A DNA stretch of 33,609 nt, from IMG/VR virus record IMGVR_UViG_3300043470_002422. One strand, 5' to 3'. The stretch's first letter is position 1. Each line of letters opens with the position of its first letter. Below, in pieces: positions 8,064-17,730 of the stretch. Both the position numbers and the translations under genes were made by a program. This stretch comes from a virus. Its lineage: Duplodnaviria; Heunggongvirae; Uroviricota; Caudoviricetes. The notes below the pieces were generated by a model that worked only from the letters and a program-made list of their open reading frames with translations, was not told where the DNA came from and did no database searches.

Positions 8064-8756
8064 ATGGGGAAAAACGTATATCATATAACAGAGAAAGATC
8101 AGTATATGCCACCATCTTCTATGGATTTAATAACCATAGCAGACGCAATAGGGACAAGGCTGATGAATGTTTACAATGAAATTGAAAATATCAAAGTTGC
8201 ATATCCACAGGATTCTTCTAAATATACATCTTTTATAGATTCTTCCATCTTACCTCTTAATGACAAGATAAAGTCCATTATTCAAACAGAAATACCAAAA
8301 CTAGAAACTGTATCTGTTTCTAAATACAGAGGAGACACTTCTGCATATAAAGATCTTGGATATTTGGTTAATACCGTAAAAGATAAAGCAACTCTAGATC
8401 TTCTTTTAAAATTAAAGGAATTTGAGAAAGAAGTATCTGAGATTGAAAAAAAATCCGAAGGGATTAAAGCTTCTGTTAATTCAGCATATCAGGCATCCGA
8501 TGCTACTAAATCTTACGAAGATGCAGTAAAAGCTATTATAGATAAGGTTAGAGCTGGCATCGAAAAACAAGCAGAGCAAAATATCAGAAATAAAAAAAGA
8601 GGGGATATTATAGCAGGAACTACAGATCTAAATTCTGTAAAAGGTTCCAGAGCTGCAGGTACCACTGGTCCTACTAAGGATGAAGCAGCTGCATTAAAGA
8701 AGAAGAAAAATATAGATGATATTTCTGCATATTTAGCAAAGAAATACAAATCTTAA
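8064..8756 (+). CDS. Hypothetical coiled-coil-rich protein, 230 aa
   Basis: ORF track; starts 4 nt after the previous stop. Confidence 0.7.
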   Translation: MGKNVYHITEKDQYMPPSSMDLITIADAIGTRLMNVYNEIENIKVAYPQDSSKYTSFIDSSILPLNDKIKSIIQTEIPKLETVSVSKYRGDTSAYKDLGYLVNTVKDKATLDLLLKLKEFEKEVSEIEKKSEGIKASVNSAYQASDATKSYEDAVKAIIDKVRAGIEKQAEQNIRNKKRGDIIAGTTDLNSVKGSRAAGTTGPTKDEAAALKKKKNIDDISAYLAKKYKS

Positions 8757-8903
8757 ATTTTTTTCCTCCGAAAGAAACTTTTTCTCCGAAAACCATCTAA
8801 AAGAATTACTTATATTCCCAGGAGAAGAATCTATATAGGCCCACCTAATCTCAGTTATCCTCGGGTAAATCCAAACCCCAAATCTCAGATAGATAAATAG
8901 ACT

Positions 8904-9110
8904 ATGATCCCAAATCAAGAATACCTAGAAGCTATCAAAAGAAAACTAGATGCTATGAATAAAGTAGCAGGAGTAGACCCATCTATCAGACCAGAACAAG
9001 GACAGGTTTGGGGTGAACCTAAATCTTTTGATGTGATGGATTGGCAGGGACAAGCTTCTATGAATTATCTAAAAAGTATAGGAAAGAATCCTAATCTATC
9101 AGATATCTAA
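8904..9110 (+). CDS. Small hypothetical protein, 68 aa
   Basis: ORF track; plausible composition; A-rich leader (gatagataaatagact). Confidence 0.55.
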   Translation: MIPNQEYLEAIKRKLDAMNKVAGVDPSIRPEQGQVWGEPKSFDVMDWQGQASMNYLKSIGKNPNLSDI

Positions 9111-9119
9111 CCGTATATT
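9111..9119 (+). promoter_or_regulatory. CCGTATATT motif (also 9587-9595, and CGTATATT at 30111-30118)
   Basis: Lies 16-23 nt before the ATG of each of the three signal-peptide ORFs. Confidence 0.4.
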
Positions 9120-9137
9120 AAGGTAAAGATATAAATC

Positions 9138-9578
9138 ATGAAATTAAAATTTATTGCGGGGGTTCTTCTCCTTTTCGGAATGAGTGAATTAAATGGGCAA
9201 AATCTAGAAGCTGATTCTGTTTACAAATATGAATTTAGAAATAGAAGACAATTTGAAAAGGATCTGGAAAGTGAAACTATCAGGAAACCTTCTAAGAAGA
9301 CAACTTGGGAGTATGACCACTACCATGTTAATATAACTGATTCTACTTTTATATTTTCAAAAACTAAGGTGAATATAGTTAATAAATTCACAATCAAAGA
9401 GACTGATATCTATGATGAAAATTTCTATTTAAAATCCCTCTATGCAGTGAATTCGTGCGGGGGTGAAATCAATGTAAAGATAACCTATGATGATATTGGA
9501 TATTATGTTGTAGTTTATTTTATTGGTCCAAAAAATAAATATTCTGCAATTTATTTTCGTTCCGAATACAATTTTTAG
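9138..9578 (+). CDS. Secreted hypothetical protein, 146 aa, beta-rich
   Basis: Signal-peptide-like N-terminus MKLKFIAGVLLLFGMSELNG. Confidence 0.7.
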   Translation: MKLKFIAGVLLLFGMSELNGQNLEADSVYKYEFRNRRQFEKDLESETIRKPSKKTTWEYDHYHVNITDSTFIFSKTKVNIVNKFTIKETDIYDENFYLKSLYAVNSCGGEINVKITYDDIGYYVVVYFIGPKNKYSAIYFRSEYNF

Positions 9579-9618
9579 TACTGGGACCGTATATTTATAT
9601 GAATAACAATCATACATC

Positions 9619-10146
9619 ATGAAAAAATTAGCTTTAATCCTTATCCTAATTCCTACAATCTTAAAGTCTCAAAGTGCTAGAGAAATTAAAGTGATTCAGC
9701 TTCTAAATGAATATAGAGTTGCTAACAATCTTAAACCTTTAACTATAGATACAGGATTAAACAAAGCTGCTGAATACCAAGTTAAATACGAATCCTTAAT
9801 TGATAGTGTAACCCATTACCAATATACAGATCTTCCTGGGTTCAAAGAGATTCCTCAAGCTGAAGATAGAATTAAAGAATTTTCTGATCTAGAAGCTCCA
9901 ATAGGTGGAACCGAGATAACAATGGGTACTAAAAACTTCGGAAGTTTAAGCCTCGTTAAACAAAAATACTCTTATAAGGAGGTAGAAAAATACATTATTG
10001 ATTCTTATAAATCTTGTTCAAGCCACGATGAAATAATGTTAAACCCTAACGCTCATAAAGTTGGAATTTCTATATTCAGGGAAGAAATAATAGAAGGTAG
10101 CGATGTTAAAATTAGATTATTTTGCGTCATCACATTCGGTAGTTAA
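9619..10146 (+). CDS. Secreted CAP/SCP-domain protein (YkwD-like)
   Basis: Signal peptide MKKLALILILIPTILKSQ; LLNEYR..NNL.PL..D..LNKAA, THY, S..HDEIMLNPN..KVGISI. Confidence 0.8.
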   Translation: MKKLALILILIPTILKSQSAREIKVIQLLNEYRVANNLKPLTIDTGLNKAAEYQVKYESLIDSVTHYQYTDLPGFKEIPQAEDRIKEFSDLEAPIGGTEITMGTKNFGSLSLVKQKYSYKEVEKYIIDSYKSCSSHDEIMLNPNAHKVGISIFREEIIEGSDVKIRLFCVITFGS

Positions 10147-10153
10147 TCCAATA

Positions 10154-10185
10154 AAAAAAGTCTTAAATTTATTTAAGACTTTTTT
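10154..10185. terminator. Bidirectional intrinsic terminator between convergent genes
   Basis: Perfect 15-bp inverted repeat AAAAAAGTCTTAAAT-tt-ATTTAAGACTTTTTT. Confidence 0.85.
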
Positions 10186-10192
10186 GTGTGTT

Positions 10193-11554
10193 TTAAAATT
10201 CGTTACATATAAAAGGTTTCTGTCCTACTCCTGGACCGCCTTTTTGTCTAATTCCTGGGAATTTTATCTTAATTTTTCCTCCTCCTTCTGATTTGGATTT
10301 CTTTGGAAATCCTACAGCGGGAACATAATTAACTGAAGATTTAACTTTCGGATCTATTACTTTAATTTCTGTATCAGTTATTACAGATTCAGCTTTTATA
10401 ATAAAATTGACATACCTAAATTGTGTGTATTCATTTGGTCCTCCTAGAGGGGCAATTTCTGCTGTTGTATATTTTCCATTTGGTTTTCCCCCCTCACCAA
10501 GTTCTGCTATAACAATCGTCTTTCTATTCATTTCCTCGTCTTTTCCTTTCCCAAAAGTTCCATTGTTTAAAATGAAGTTTCCCTTTTCGTCATAATATCC
10601 AAATTTAAGAGGGGTTGGTGGATTTGGTCCACTTGTTCCGTCCCCATTAGATCCTTTGGAATTGATAATTATTTTGGATTGTATTATTTTCTTTTTCTCT
10701 TCTGATAAATTATTTTCAGCTGCAGATTCTCTAAAAAGATCTATTATGGTATTTGCTCTATTGTAGGACAATTCACCCCAGGATATTTTTTCTGCTTTAC
10801 CTCCGTTGTCATTTGTATTTCTATATCTGCTAGCAGATGATTGAATTTCTAAAGAGGTTAAAGTTAATTTATCATTCGATGCATATTCCTTTATAAAAGT
10901 ATCGATAGTTTTTTTAATTTCCTCTAAAACATTTGGGTCATTAAATGCATCAGGGTTTACTTTTCCTCCTTGCGAATCTTCCCCTGAACCCCATCTATTG
11001 TCTTTGAATAATTTATTCTCCTCTTCTGCAGATAACCCAACTATTTCAATTTTTTTTATTTCTTCTTTTTCTCCTTTTTTCTCAATCTCTACAGAAGAAG
11101 GTGTTATTGAAATGAAAGGATTTGTTCTTACACTAGTTTTTCCCTTAATTGTATTGTTTACTTCTTTCTCTGATTCAAATCCACTAGCTTCCATTAAATC
11201 AGATAACTGGTCATAGACGGAATTTTTCTGATCTTCTGACAATTTTTCCCATAAGTATGGAGCTGCATAAGCCCCATCTGTAGTAGCCTTATCTGTTGGG
11301 AAATCCTTACCTGGATTTTTCTTCTTCCACTTAGCTAGCCAAGACTCGTAAGGATTTTCATCTTTAGCATAAGTAGGACGAAAAATATTTCCTAGCTCTA
11401 TTTGCTTCTCCAATAGTTTTTCAACAAATTGAATTACAAATTCCCTTGATGGTGTGAATTTGGTTTTTCCTTCATCAGATTTTGCTTCTTTTATTATATT
11501 TAGCTCGAAATCAAGATAAGCTTGGAAAGATTCTAAAACAAATTTTTTGCTCAT
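10193..11554 (-). CDS. Hypothetical protein with a divergent OmpA-C-like domain (likely start MSKKFVLESF at 11554; ORF track extends to 11611)
   Basis: LEIQSSAS...ELSYNRANTIIDLF...FRYVNFII parallels the OmpA pattern I.G.TD...LS..RA..V...NRRVEF. GATATATA lies on the minus strand at 11580-87, inside the longer ORF-track start. Confidence 0.6.
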   Translation of the reverse strand: MSKKFVLESFQAYLDFELNIIKEAKSDEGKTKFTPSREFVIQFVEKLLEKQIELGNIFRPTYAKDENPYESWLAKWKKKNPGKDFPTDKATTDGAYAAPYLWEKLSEDQKNSVYDQLSDLMEASGFESEKEVNNTIKGKTSVRTNPFISITPSSVEIEKKGEKEEIKKIEIVGLSAEEENKLFKDNRWGSGEDSQGGKVNPDAFNDPNVLEEIKKTIDTFIKEYASNDKLTLTSLEIQSSASRYRNTNDNGGKAEKISWGELSYNRANTIIDLFRESAAENNLSEEKKKIIQSKIIINSKGSNGDGTSGPNPPTPLKFGYYDEKGNFILNNGTFGKGKDEEMNRKTIVIAELGEGGKPNGKYTTAEIAPLGGPNEYTQFRYVNFIIKAESVITDTEIKVIDPKVKSSVNYVPAVGFPKKSKSEGGGKIKIKFPGIRQKGGPGVGQKPFICNEF

Positions 11555-11626
11555 TTTCTTTATGTTTATTAATTTCATGTATATATCCATTTCCTTTATT
11601 ATATTCTTCAAATCTAAATGTAGTTA

Positions 11627-11651
11627 GAAACAATCCATCTTAAAAACTATA
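11627..11651 (+). promoter_or_regulatory. Bipartite motif GAAACAAT-N9-AAACTATA upstream of uvsX
   Basis: A second copy, GAAACAAT-N10-AAACTATA, is at 20472-20497; a weaker GAAATTTT-N9-AATCTATA is at 3030-3054. Confidence 0.5.
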
Positions 11652-11674
11652 TAACTTAAGAAAATAAAAAGTTT

Positions 11675-12868
11675 ATGGCTAAACAAAAATCAGAATTCTC
11701 ATTTCTTGATCTAGATAAAGAATTATCTAAGATCGCCGGGTTTGAAACCGGATCTATTCTAACAGAAAATACATTCAGCGAAGTTGACGACTGGATTCCT
11801 ACCGGTAATTATCTACTAAATGCTCAACTATCAGGATCCTTATTTGGAGGTATTCCTAACACAAGATCTTTAGGTCTAATGGGAGATCCCGGAACAGGTA
11901 AATCTTTCGTTTGTCTAAATGTTGTTAGAGAAGCTCAAAAGAAAGGTTATGACGTTATGTATTGTGATACCGAGGGTGCAATTGATAAATCAACTGCTAT
12001 CAATTTTGGTATTAACACAGATAAAATCAGATACCAACCAATCAAGACCGTTACTGAATTTCAAACATTCGTTTCTAACCTTCTTGCAATTGTAAAGAAA
12101 GCTAAGGAGAATGGTGCATCCCCAAAAATCCTTTTAATTCTAGATTCTTTGGGTATGTTAAGTACAGATAAAGAGCTAAACGATGCAATGATTGGAAAAA
12201 ATGCAGCGGACATGGGGGCTAAAGCAAAAGAACTTCGTAAGTTGTTTAGGGTTATCACTTTGGATTTAACTGCAGCTAAAATTCCTTTGATCTGTACGAA
12301 CCACGTTTATACAGGTGGTGGATTTATGCCAACAAAAGAATCTTCTGGCGGTGACGGTCCAATCTTCGCAATGTCTGTTATTTCTTTCCTTTCTAAAGCT
12401 CAATTAAAAGAGAATGGTAGCACGACAAAGACTGGTATTATCGTAACATCTAATCTTAAAAAGAGTAGATTCACAATTCCAGAACCTGTTAAATTTCACA
12501 TCTCATTTGCTAATGGTATGAATCCTTATGTTGGTCTTCAAGACTTCGTTACATGGGAAGCATGTGGAATAGAAAGAGGAAAATTAGAAGAAGTTAAAAA
12601 TAAAGAAGGTAAAAAAGAATTAGTTTTCACCCCTAATGCATCGTCAACCAGATGGGCAGTTAAACATCTAGGAAAAACGGTTACGTCTTCTCAGTTATTT
12701 AGCGGAGATATTTTCACACAGGAAGTTCTAGAATCTCTAAACGAAAAAGTTATCAAACAGCACTTTCTTCTTCCTACAATGGGAACTAACGAGGAAATTA
12801 CAAATGCTCTGGAAGCAGAGATTGGTTCAGATTTTGATAATTTAGGTAATGCAGAGGAACAAGATTAA
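11675..12868 (+). CDS. uvsX: UvsX/RecA-like recombinase (T4-type)
   Basis: IPTG.YLLNAQLSGSLFGGIP, Walker A GDPGTGKS, YCDTEGA, Walker B LILDSLGML, TNHVY, SGGDG. Confidence 0.93.
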   Translation: MAKQKSEFSFLDLDKELSKIAGFETGSILTENTFSEVDDWIPTGNYLLNAQLSGSLFGGIPNTRSLGLMGDPGTGKSFVCLNVVREAQKKGYDVMYCDTEGAIDKSTAINFGINTDKIRYQPIKTVTEFQTFVSNLLAIVKKAKENGASPKILLILDSLGMLSTDKELNDAMIGKNAADMGAKAKELRKLFRVITLDLTAAKIPLICTNHVYTGGGFMPTKESSGGDGPIFAMSVISFLSKAQLKENGSTTKTGIIVTSNLKKSRFTIPEPVKFHISFANGMNPYVGLQDFVTWEACGIERGKLEEVKNKEGKKELVFTPNASSTRWAVKHLGKTVTSSQLFSGDIFTQEVLESLNEKVIKQHFLLPTMGTNEEITNALEAEIGSDFDNLGNAEEQD

Positions 12869-13145
12869 ATTTAAGTACCTCATGAATCTTTGGCGAACAA
12901 TGCCAAACTATCCTACTAAAGAGGATGCGATTTATGAATTAAATGTTTATCTAGTAAAAGACGGTAGACCAAATGGAAGCTTTTCAGAACAAACACTGAA
13001 AGCTCCATTCGGTCCTGACTGGGAAAACACTAAGTATAAACAGATTATCGACGAAATGATCGAGACAGGAGAACTCGAGGTCGATTCTAAAAAAGTTTCT
13101 TCTAAAACATGGTATAAAATTAAAAACAACCCCTATTATCAGTAA
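12849..13145 (+). CDS. Hypothetical protein, 98 aa, possible winged-helix
   Basis: Overlaps the uvsX end and is coupled to the helicase (TAATG); C-terminal IIDEMIETGELEV...KTWYKI resembles a helix plus wing. Confidence 0.6.
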   Translation: MQRNKIKFKYLMNLWRTMPNYPTKEDAIYELNVYLVKDGRPNGSFSEQTLKAPFGPDWENTKYKQIIDEMIETGELEVDSKKVSSKTWYKIKNNPYYQ

Positions 13146-14440
13146 TGGAATTATCCTATTCAGAAAATATAATACTTAGAAACATAATCAACACCCCTGC
13201 ATATTTAGAAAATGCTAAATCTGAGTTCTTTAAAAATGATTCTTTCGGGGAAATTCTTAGACTCTCAAAGAAATTTTGGGATCAATACAACGAAATTCCA
13301 TCTAGAGAGCAAACTAAAGAATCTGCTAAAATTGAGAATCGAGGTAAATTAGAGCTATCTGAGATAGATGCAATCTACGACATTCAGTTAAAAGATTACC
13401 AGGAGGATTGGTTGAAGGAAACTACGGAGTGTTTCATCGAGTATAAAAACCTAACTAAATCTGCAGTCGATGCAGTTCAATATATCCAAAAAACCCCAGT
13501 CACAGCGGAGAACATCAAAGAGGTTATTAATACCTTTAAGAATATCGTCGTAGAAAGAAACAATTTAGACTTCTCTTTTGATGAAGGTCTAGATTTCTTC
13601 AACCCTGAGAGTCATAAACAGTTAAGCCATAACACATTTAAATCCGGTTATTCATTTATCGATACCGTATTGGGTGGAGGATTTTCTGCTAAGTCTTTAT
13701 ACGTCTTTATGGGAATGCCCAAAGTCGGAAAGTCTCTGTGGCTGGGTAATTTGGCAACTCAAGCATCTAAGATGGGAAATAATGTGGCAATTATTACCCT
13801 CGAGATGAACGACAGAAAATATGCTAAGAGGATAGGTGCTAATATGTTAAACATACCAATTGGTGATTATAACACAGCAGCCAACGATTCCCCTACTATT
13901 AAGAAGAAAATCAGCTCAGTTCAGTATGACAATTTAAAAGTTCCAGGCCAAATTTGGATTAAGGAATTTCCAACTTCTCAAGCTTCAAGCTTGGATATTG
14001 AAAGATACTTAAGAAAAGTAGAAGAACAAAAAGGAATTAAATTTAAAGTTGTTGTAATTGACTATATCAATATTCTAAAGAACTGGAGAAATCCAAACTC
14101 TGAAAACACCTACATGAAGATCAAACAGATTGCAGAGGATTTAAGAGGTATGGCAATGTCAAACGAATGGTCAATCTTAACAGCAACTCAGACTAAGCAG
14201 GGGGATTTTGACTCCACTGACTTAACAATTACTTCAGCAGCTGAATCCTCAGGACTAGTTGCTACTGTGGACGGATTATTTGGTATTATCCAGGATCCGA
14301 TTATGTATGCTAACAGAGAATATAAACTAAAACTAATCGCAAATAGAGATGACGGATATAAAAATTCCCACAAGGTATTTAATGTCGACTATAACTATAT
14401 GAGAATAACAGAAGGAAGCGAACCAATACATGTGGAATAA
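13145..14440 (+). CDS. gp41: T4 gp41-like replicative DNA helicase (DnaB family)
   Basis: IDTVLGGG, Walker A GMPKVGKSLWL, ITLEM, IKEFPT, VVIDYINI, IAEDLRG.A, TATQT, AESSGLVATVD. Confidence 0.92.
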   Translation: MELSYSENIILRNIINTPAYLENAKSEFFKNDSFGEILRLSKKFWDQYNEIPSREQTKESAKIENRGKLELSEIDAIYDIQLKDYQEDWLKETTECFIEYKNLTKSAVDAVQYIQKTPVTAENIKEVINTFKNIVVERNNLDFSFDEGLDFFNPESHKQLSHNTFKSGYSFIDTVLGGGFSAKSLYVFMGMPKVGKSLWLGNLATQASKMGNNVAIITLEMNDRKYAKRIGANMLNIPIGDYNTAANDSPTIKKKISSVQYDNLKVPGQIWIKEFPTSQASSLDIERYLRKVEEQKGIKFKVVVIDYINILKNWRNPNSENTYMKIKQIAEDLRGMAMSNEWSILTATQTKQGDFDSTDLTITSAAESSGLVATVDGLFGIIQDPIMYANREYKLKLIANRDDGYKNSHKVFNVDYNYMRITEGSEPIHVE

Positions 14441-14915
14441 CAAGAAAAAAACAGAAGAACCTCAGGAAGTTGAAGAAAAGAAAATTCAACTAGGTGATAA
14501 AATATTTGGAGCTCACAACAACTCTAATTCTACTAATGAATATAAAGAAAGCTTCGAGCTAGATACGGGTAATAGAATTCTAGAGGACAGTTATGACGAA
14601 GAAGAATACCTGCACAGAAAGAAATTGGAGGAAACTGTTTATGCTGCATTTCAGTCTTCTAGATGGTATCCCCTTTCTTATAAGAAAAAAATTCCTAAGG
14701 ATCTAGTTCCTCATCTTTTTCAAGATGTACTGGAAAAGCTAGAAAATAGTGAATTTAGTTTTTCTGAGAAGTTTGTGGTCATTTGTGACTTTGTTTCTAT
14801 CCCCTATGCGAAGGCTTATGAGCAAATACCAGTAAAATATAAAGAAATTATCATCAATGAGTTAGAAGCTAAATTTAGCATTTTATCTAAAAGAAAGATA
14901 AGAAAATTATTTTAA
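14430..14915 (+). CDS. Hypothetical protein, 161 aa
   Basis: ORF track; overlaps the helicase stop and ends 3 nt before gp47. Confidence 0.7.
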   Translation: MWNNKKKTEEPQEVEEKKIQLGDKIFGAHNNSNSTNEYKESFELDTGNRILEDSYDEEEYLHRKKLEETVYAAFQSSRWYPLSYKKKIPKDLVPHLFQDVLEKLENSEFSFSEKFVVICDFVSIPYAKAYEQIPVKYKEIIINELEAKFSILSKRKIRKLF

Positions 14916-14918
14916 GCA

Positions 14919-16019
14919 ATGATAGAGAATAAGAACGCAAAAAGAGTATTTTTTATAACAGACACTCACTTGGGAGTTAGAAATTCCTCTAACGAGTGGA
15001 TTGATATAATGAGAGAATATTTTCACGGTTGGTTTATTCCTCTGGTAAAAGAAAATTATCGTCCTGGTGATGTATTAATCCATCTCGGAGACGTTTATGA
15101 TTCTAGACAGAGCATAAATATCAAAGTTCTAAATCTTGGAATTGATATTTTTGAATCTCTATCCGATATTTTCAAAGATGGAATTTATGTTATAGCAGGG
15201 AATCACGATCTTTGGGGAAAGACTACAAATGAAATTAACTCATTGAAGTCAATCAAATGGGTTCCGAATGTTAATATTTTAGAAGAACCAGAAACCCTAG
15301 TTCTTGGCAAGAAGAAATTCTTAATGATGCCTTGGAGAAAAGATCATGCAACAGAAGAGGAATTTTTGGATGCTTCTAAACCACATGATTACCTTTGCTG
15401 TCATGCTGATATTAGAGGTCTAAAGTTTAACCGTTATGTGAACGTTGAAGAAGGAGCAGATTCTCAGAAGTTTGAAAAATTTAAAACTGTATATTCGGGC
15501 CATATTCACTATGCTCAGGTAGTTAAAAATATCCACATGTTAGGATCCCCTTATGAGTTAACTAGATCTGATATGGGAAATACAAAGTCTGTTACCTTAT
15601 TGGATTTGACAACAGGTGAAGAGCAGAAATTTGTAAATGACTTTTCTCCTAAGTTCAAGAAGTTTTTATTTGATCAAATTCTAGAAATGACTATTGATGA
15701 TCTAGAACCTGAATTTAGAAACAACTTTGTGGACATTATGATAGATCCAAAGATGGCTTTGAAAGCTCCTTTGAATATCCTGACCGATAGTATAGGATCC
15801 CAAAGAAAATTAGGATTCCATCCATACGACCCAAATCAAGCGAACAAATTATCTGCTCAAATCTATGATACAGACGGAAGGCAATTTAGTGTAATGGATT
15901 TTGTTAAGGAATACATCAACACAATGAATTATGATGATTCGACCAAGGAGAGATTAATAGCAAGCGTAGAGAAACTTTATAAGATTACAGTAGACCAAGA
16001 TCAAGAGACGAGAATATGA
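14919..16019 (+). CDS. gp47: T4 gp47/Mre11/SbcD-like metallophosphoesterase nuclease
   Basis: DTHLG, HLGDVYDSR, AGNHD, CHAD, SGHIH, GSPY. Confidence 0.92.
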   Translation: MIENKNAKRVFFITDTHLGVRNSSNEWIDIMREYFHGWFIPLVKENYRPGDVLIHLGDVYDSRQSINIKVLNLGIDIFESLSDIFKDGIYVIAGNHDLWGKTTNEINSLKSIKWVPNVNILEEPETLVLGKKKFLMMPWRKDHATEEEFLDASKPHDYLCCHADIRGLKFNRYVNVEEGADSQKFEKFKTVYSGHIHYAQVVKNIHMLGSPYELTRSDMGNTKSVTLLDLTTGEEQKFVNDFSPKFKKFLFDQILEMTIDDLEPEFRNNFVDIMIDPKMALKAPLNILTDSIGSQRKLGFHPYDPNQANKLSAQIYDTDGRQFSVMDFVKEYINTMNYDDSTKERLIASVEKLYKITVDQDQETRI

Positions 16020-17680
16020 GAATTAAGAAAATTGAATGGAGAAATTTTTCCTCTTACGGAAACAGAAAGCAAGAGATTGAATTTGGAGATGAAGCATCCT
16101 TATATCAAGTAGTTGGAGAGAATGGTGCAGGTAAATCTTCCATCTCTGGAGTTATAACTTTTGGACTTTATGGTAAGCTTGAAGGAAAAAAATTAAAGGA
16201 CATTCCAAATAGAATCAATGGTAATGCTTGGGTTAGGATAACCCTAGAATGCAATGGATCTGAAGTTGTAGTTGAAAGAGGGCTTGAACCTAATTTATTC
16301 AAACTCTATATTAATGGGACTGAGTATGATCAAGCTGGGGTTAGATCTGTTCAGGATTATCTATCAGAAGACATCCTAGGAATCCCCTACTATGTGTTTA
16401 ACAACACTATCTCCCTCTCTATCAATGATTTCAAATCTTTCATCAAAATGTCCTCACAGGACAAAAGAAGTATCATAGACAAGATATTTGGATTTCATGT
16501 TCTGAATCAAATGAGGGATCTTTTGAGGGATGAGAATAGAAAAATAAAAGAAACTCTAGACAATATTGCTGGTAAATTATCCTCATTAGAATCCACTATT
16601 GGAAGTTCTCTAAATGAGATGGACAATTTAGCAAATCAATTAAAACAGGAATCTACTGATAAGAAAGGTCAGCTTCAAAAGTCTTTAGAAACGTTTGAGA
16701 ATCTCCAATCTATTCATTCTAAGAAAACTGAAGAATTTAGGGAGAATGAGAACAATTTATCAATTGAAATTTCCAATACCAATCGTTTAATAATAGAGTC
16801 TAGAACTAAAATCCAAGACACGCAGAGGAAAATAAAGCTATATGAATTGGATCAGTGTCCAACTTGTCAGTCATCTTTGGATAGTGAATTCCACCATTGC
16901 ATAAAGGATGGACTGATTGCTGAACAAGCTTCTTCCACTTTACAGCTAGATGAGCTAGCTAAAACTATGTCAGATCTAAGAGAAAAAGAAAAAGAAGTTT
17001 TTTCTATTAAAACAGATATCTTAGACAAAGGAAGAAAAATAGAAATCAAAATTTCTGAGATTAGAAGAGATCTAAAACATCTGGAAGAAAATACAGGTGA
17101 CAAACAACTTCAGTCTTTACAGAGAATTGTTGACAATTTATCAATTGAAAAGGATAAAATGTCTACCGAGTCTTTTAAAAATCAGGAAAAGAATAACTGG
17201 CTTAAAACTCTAGATGAAATCCTGGGCGAGAAAGGGGTGAAACAAATGGCAATTAGAACCATTCTTCCATCTTTAAATTCCGAGATCCTGGATCTTCTTT
17301 CTAAAATGCACTTGGATTATCAAGTAGTATTTGACGAGGAATTTAATGCTACTATTTACCACATGGGGGTAGAGATAGCAACCCAGACTTTAAGCACTGG
17401 AGAAATGAAAAAGGTCGATTTCGTAGTTCTAATAGCTATTATGAAGCTAATGAAAATGAAATTCAGCAGCATTAATCTTCTGTTCTTAGACGAGCTATTC
17501 AGTTCGGTTGACCCTGATGGAGTACATTCCATTCTTAGAATTTTAAGATCAGTTTGTAAAGAGCTAGGACTTAACATTTTTGTTATCAATCACGCTCCAA
17601 TGCCTCATGAAATATTTGACTGGAAATTAGAAGTTTCAAAAGCAAATAATTTCTCCTCTATTTCAATAGATAAATTTTAA
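16016..17680 (+). CDS. gp46: T4 gp46/Rad50/SbcC-like ATPase
   Basis: NFSSYGN, Walker A GENGAGKS, coiled coil with CPTC zinc hook, signature LSTGE, Walker B LFLDE, INH. Confidence 0.93.
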   Translation: MRIKKIEWRNFSSYGNRKQEIEFGDEASLYQVVGENGAGKSSISGVITFGLYGKLEGKKLKDIPNRINGNAWVRITLECNGSEVVVERGLEPNLFKLYINGTEYDQAGVRSVQDYLSEDILGIPYYVFNNTISLSINDFKSFIKMSSQDKRSIIDKIFGFHVLNQMRDLLRDENRKIKETLDNIAGKLSSLESTIGSSLNEMDNLANQLKQESTDKKGQLQKSLETFENLQSIHSKKTEEFRENENNLSIEISNTNRLIIESRTKIQDTQRKIKLYELDQCPTCQSSLDSEFHHCIKDGLIAEQASSTLQLDELAKTMSDLREKEKEVFSIKTDILDKGRKIEIKISEIRRDLKHLEENTGDKQLQSLQRIVDNLSIEKDKMSTESFKNQEKNNWLKTLDEILGEKGVKQMAIRTILPSLNSEILDLLSKMHLDYQVVFDEEFNATIYHMGVEIATQTLSTGEMKKVDFVVLIAIMKLMKMKFSSINLLFLDELFSSVDPDGVHSILRILRSVCKELGLNIFVINHAPMPHEIFDWKLEVSKANNFSSISIDKF

Positions 17681-17730
17681 TTAGAAGCCTTTAAAAATTC
17701 CAGATATATAGTCTAAATAAATCTGGAATT

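Noticed and set aside
11555-11611. ORF-track start of the minus-strand 472-aa gene
   Set aside because: The GATATATA motif and an A-rich leader fall inside this extension, which favours ATG at 11554.
11675-17680. Inteins or introns in uvsX, gp41, gp47 or gp46
   Set aside because: Lengths are ordinary and no splice-junction or homing-endonuclease motifs were seen.
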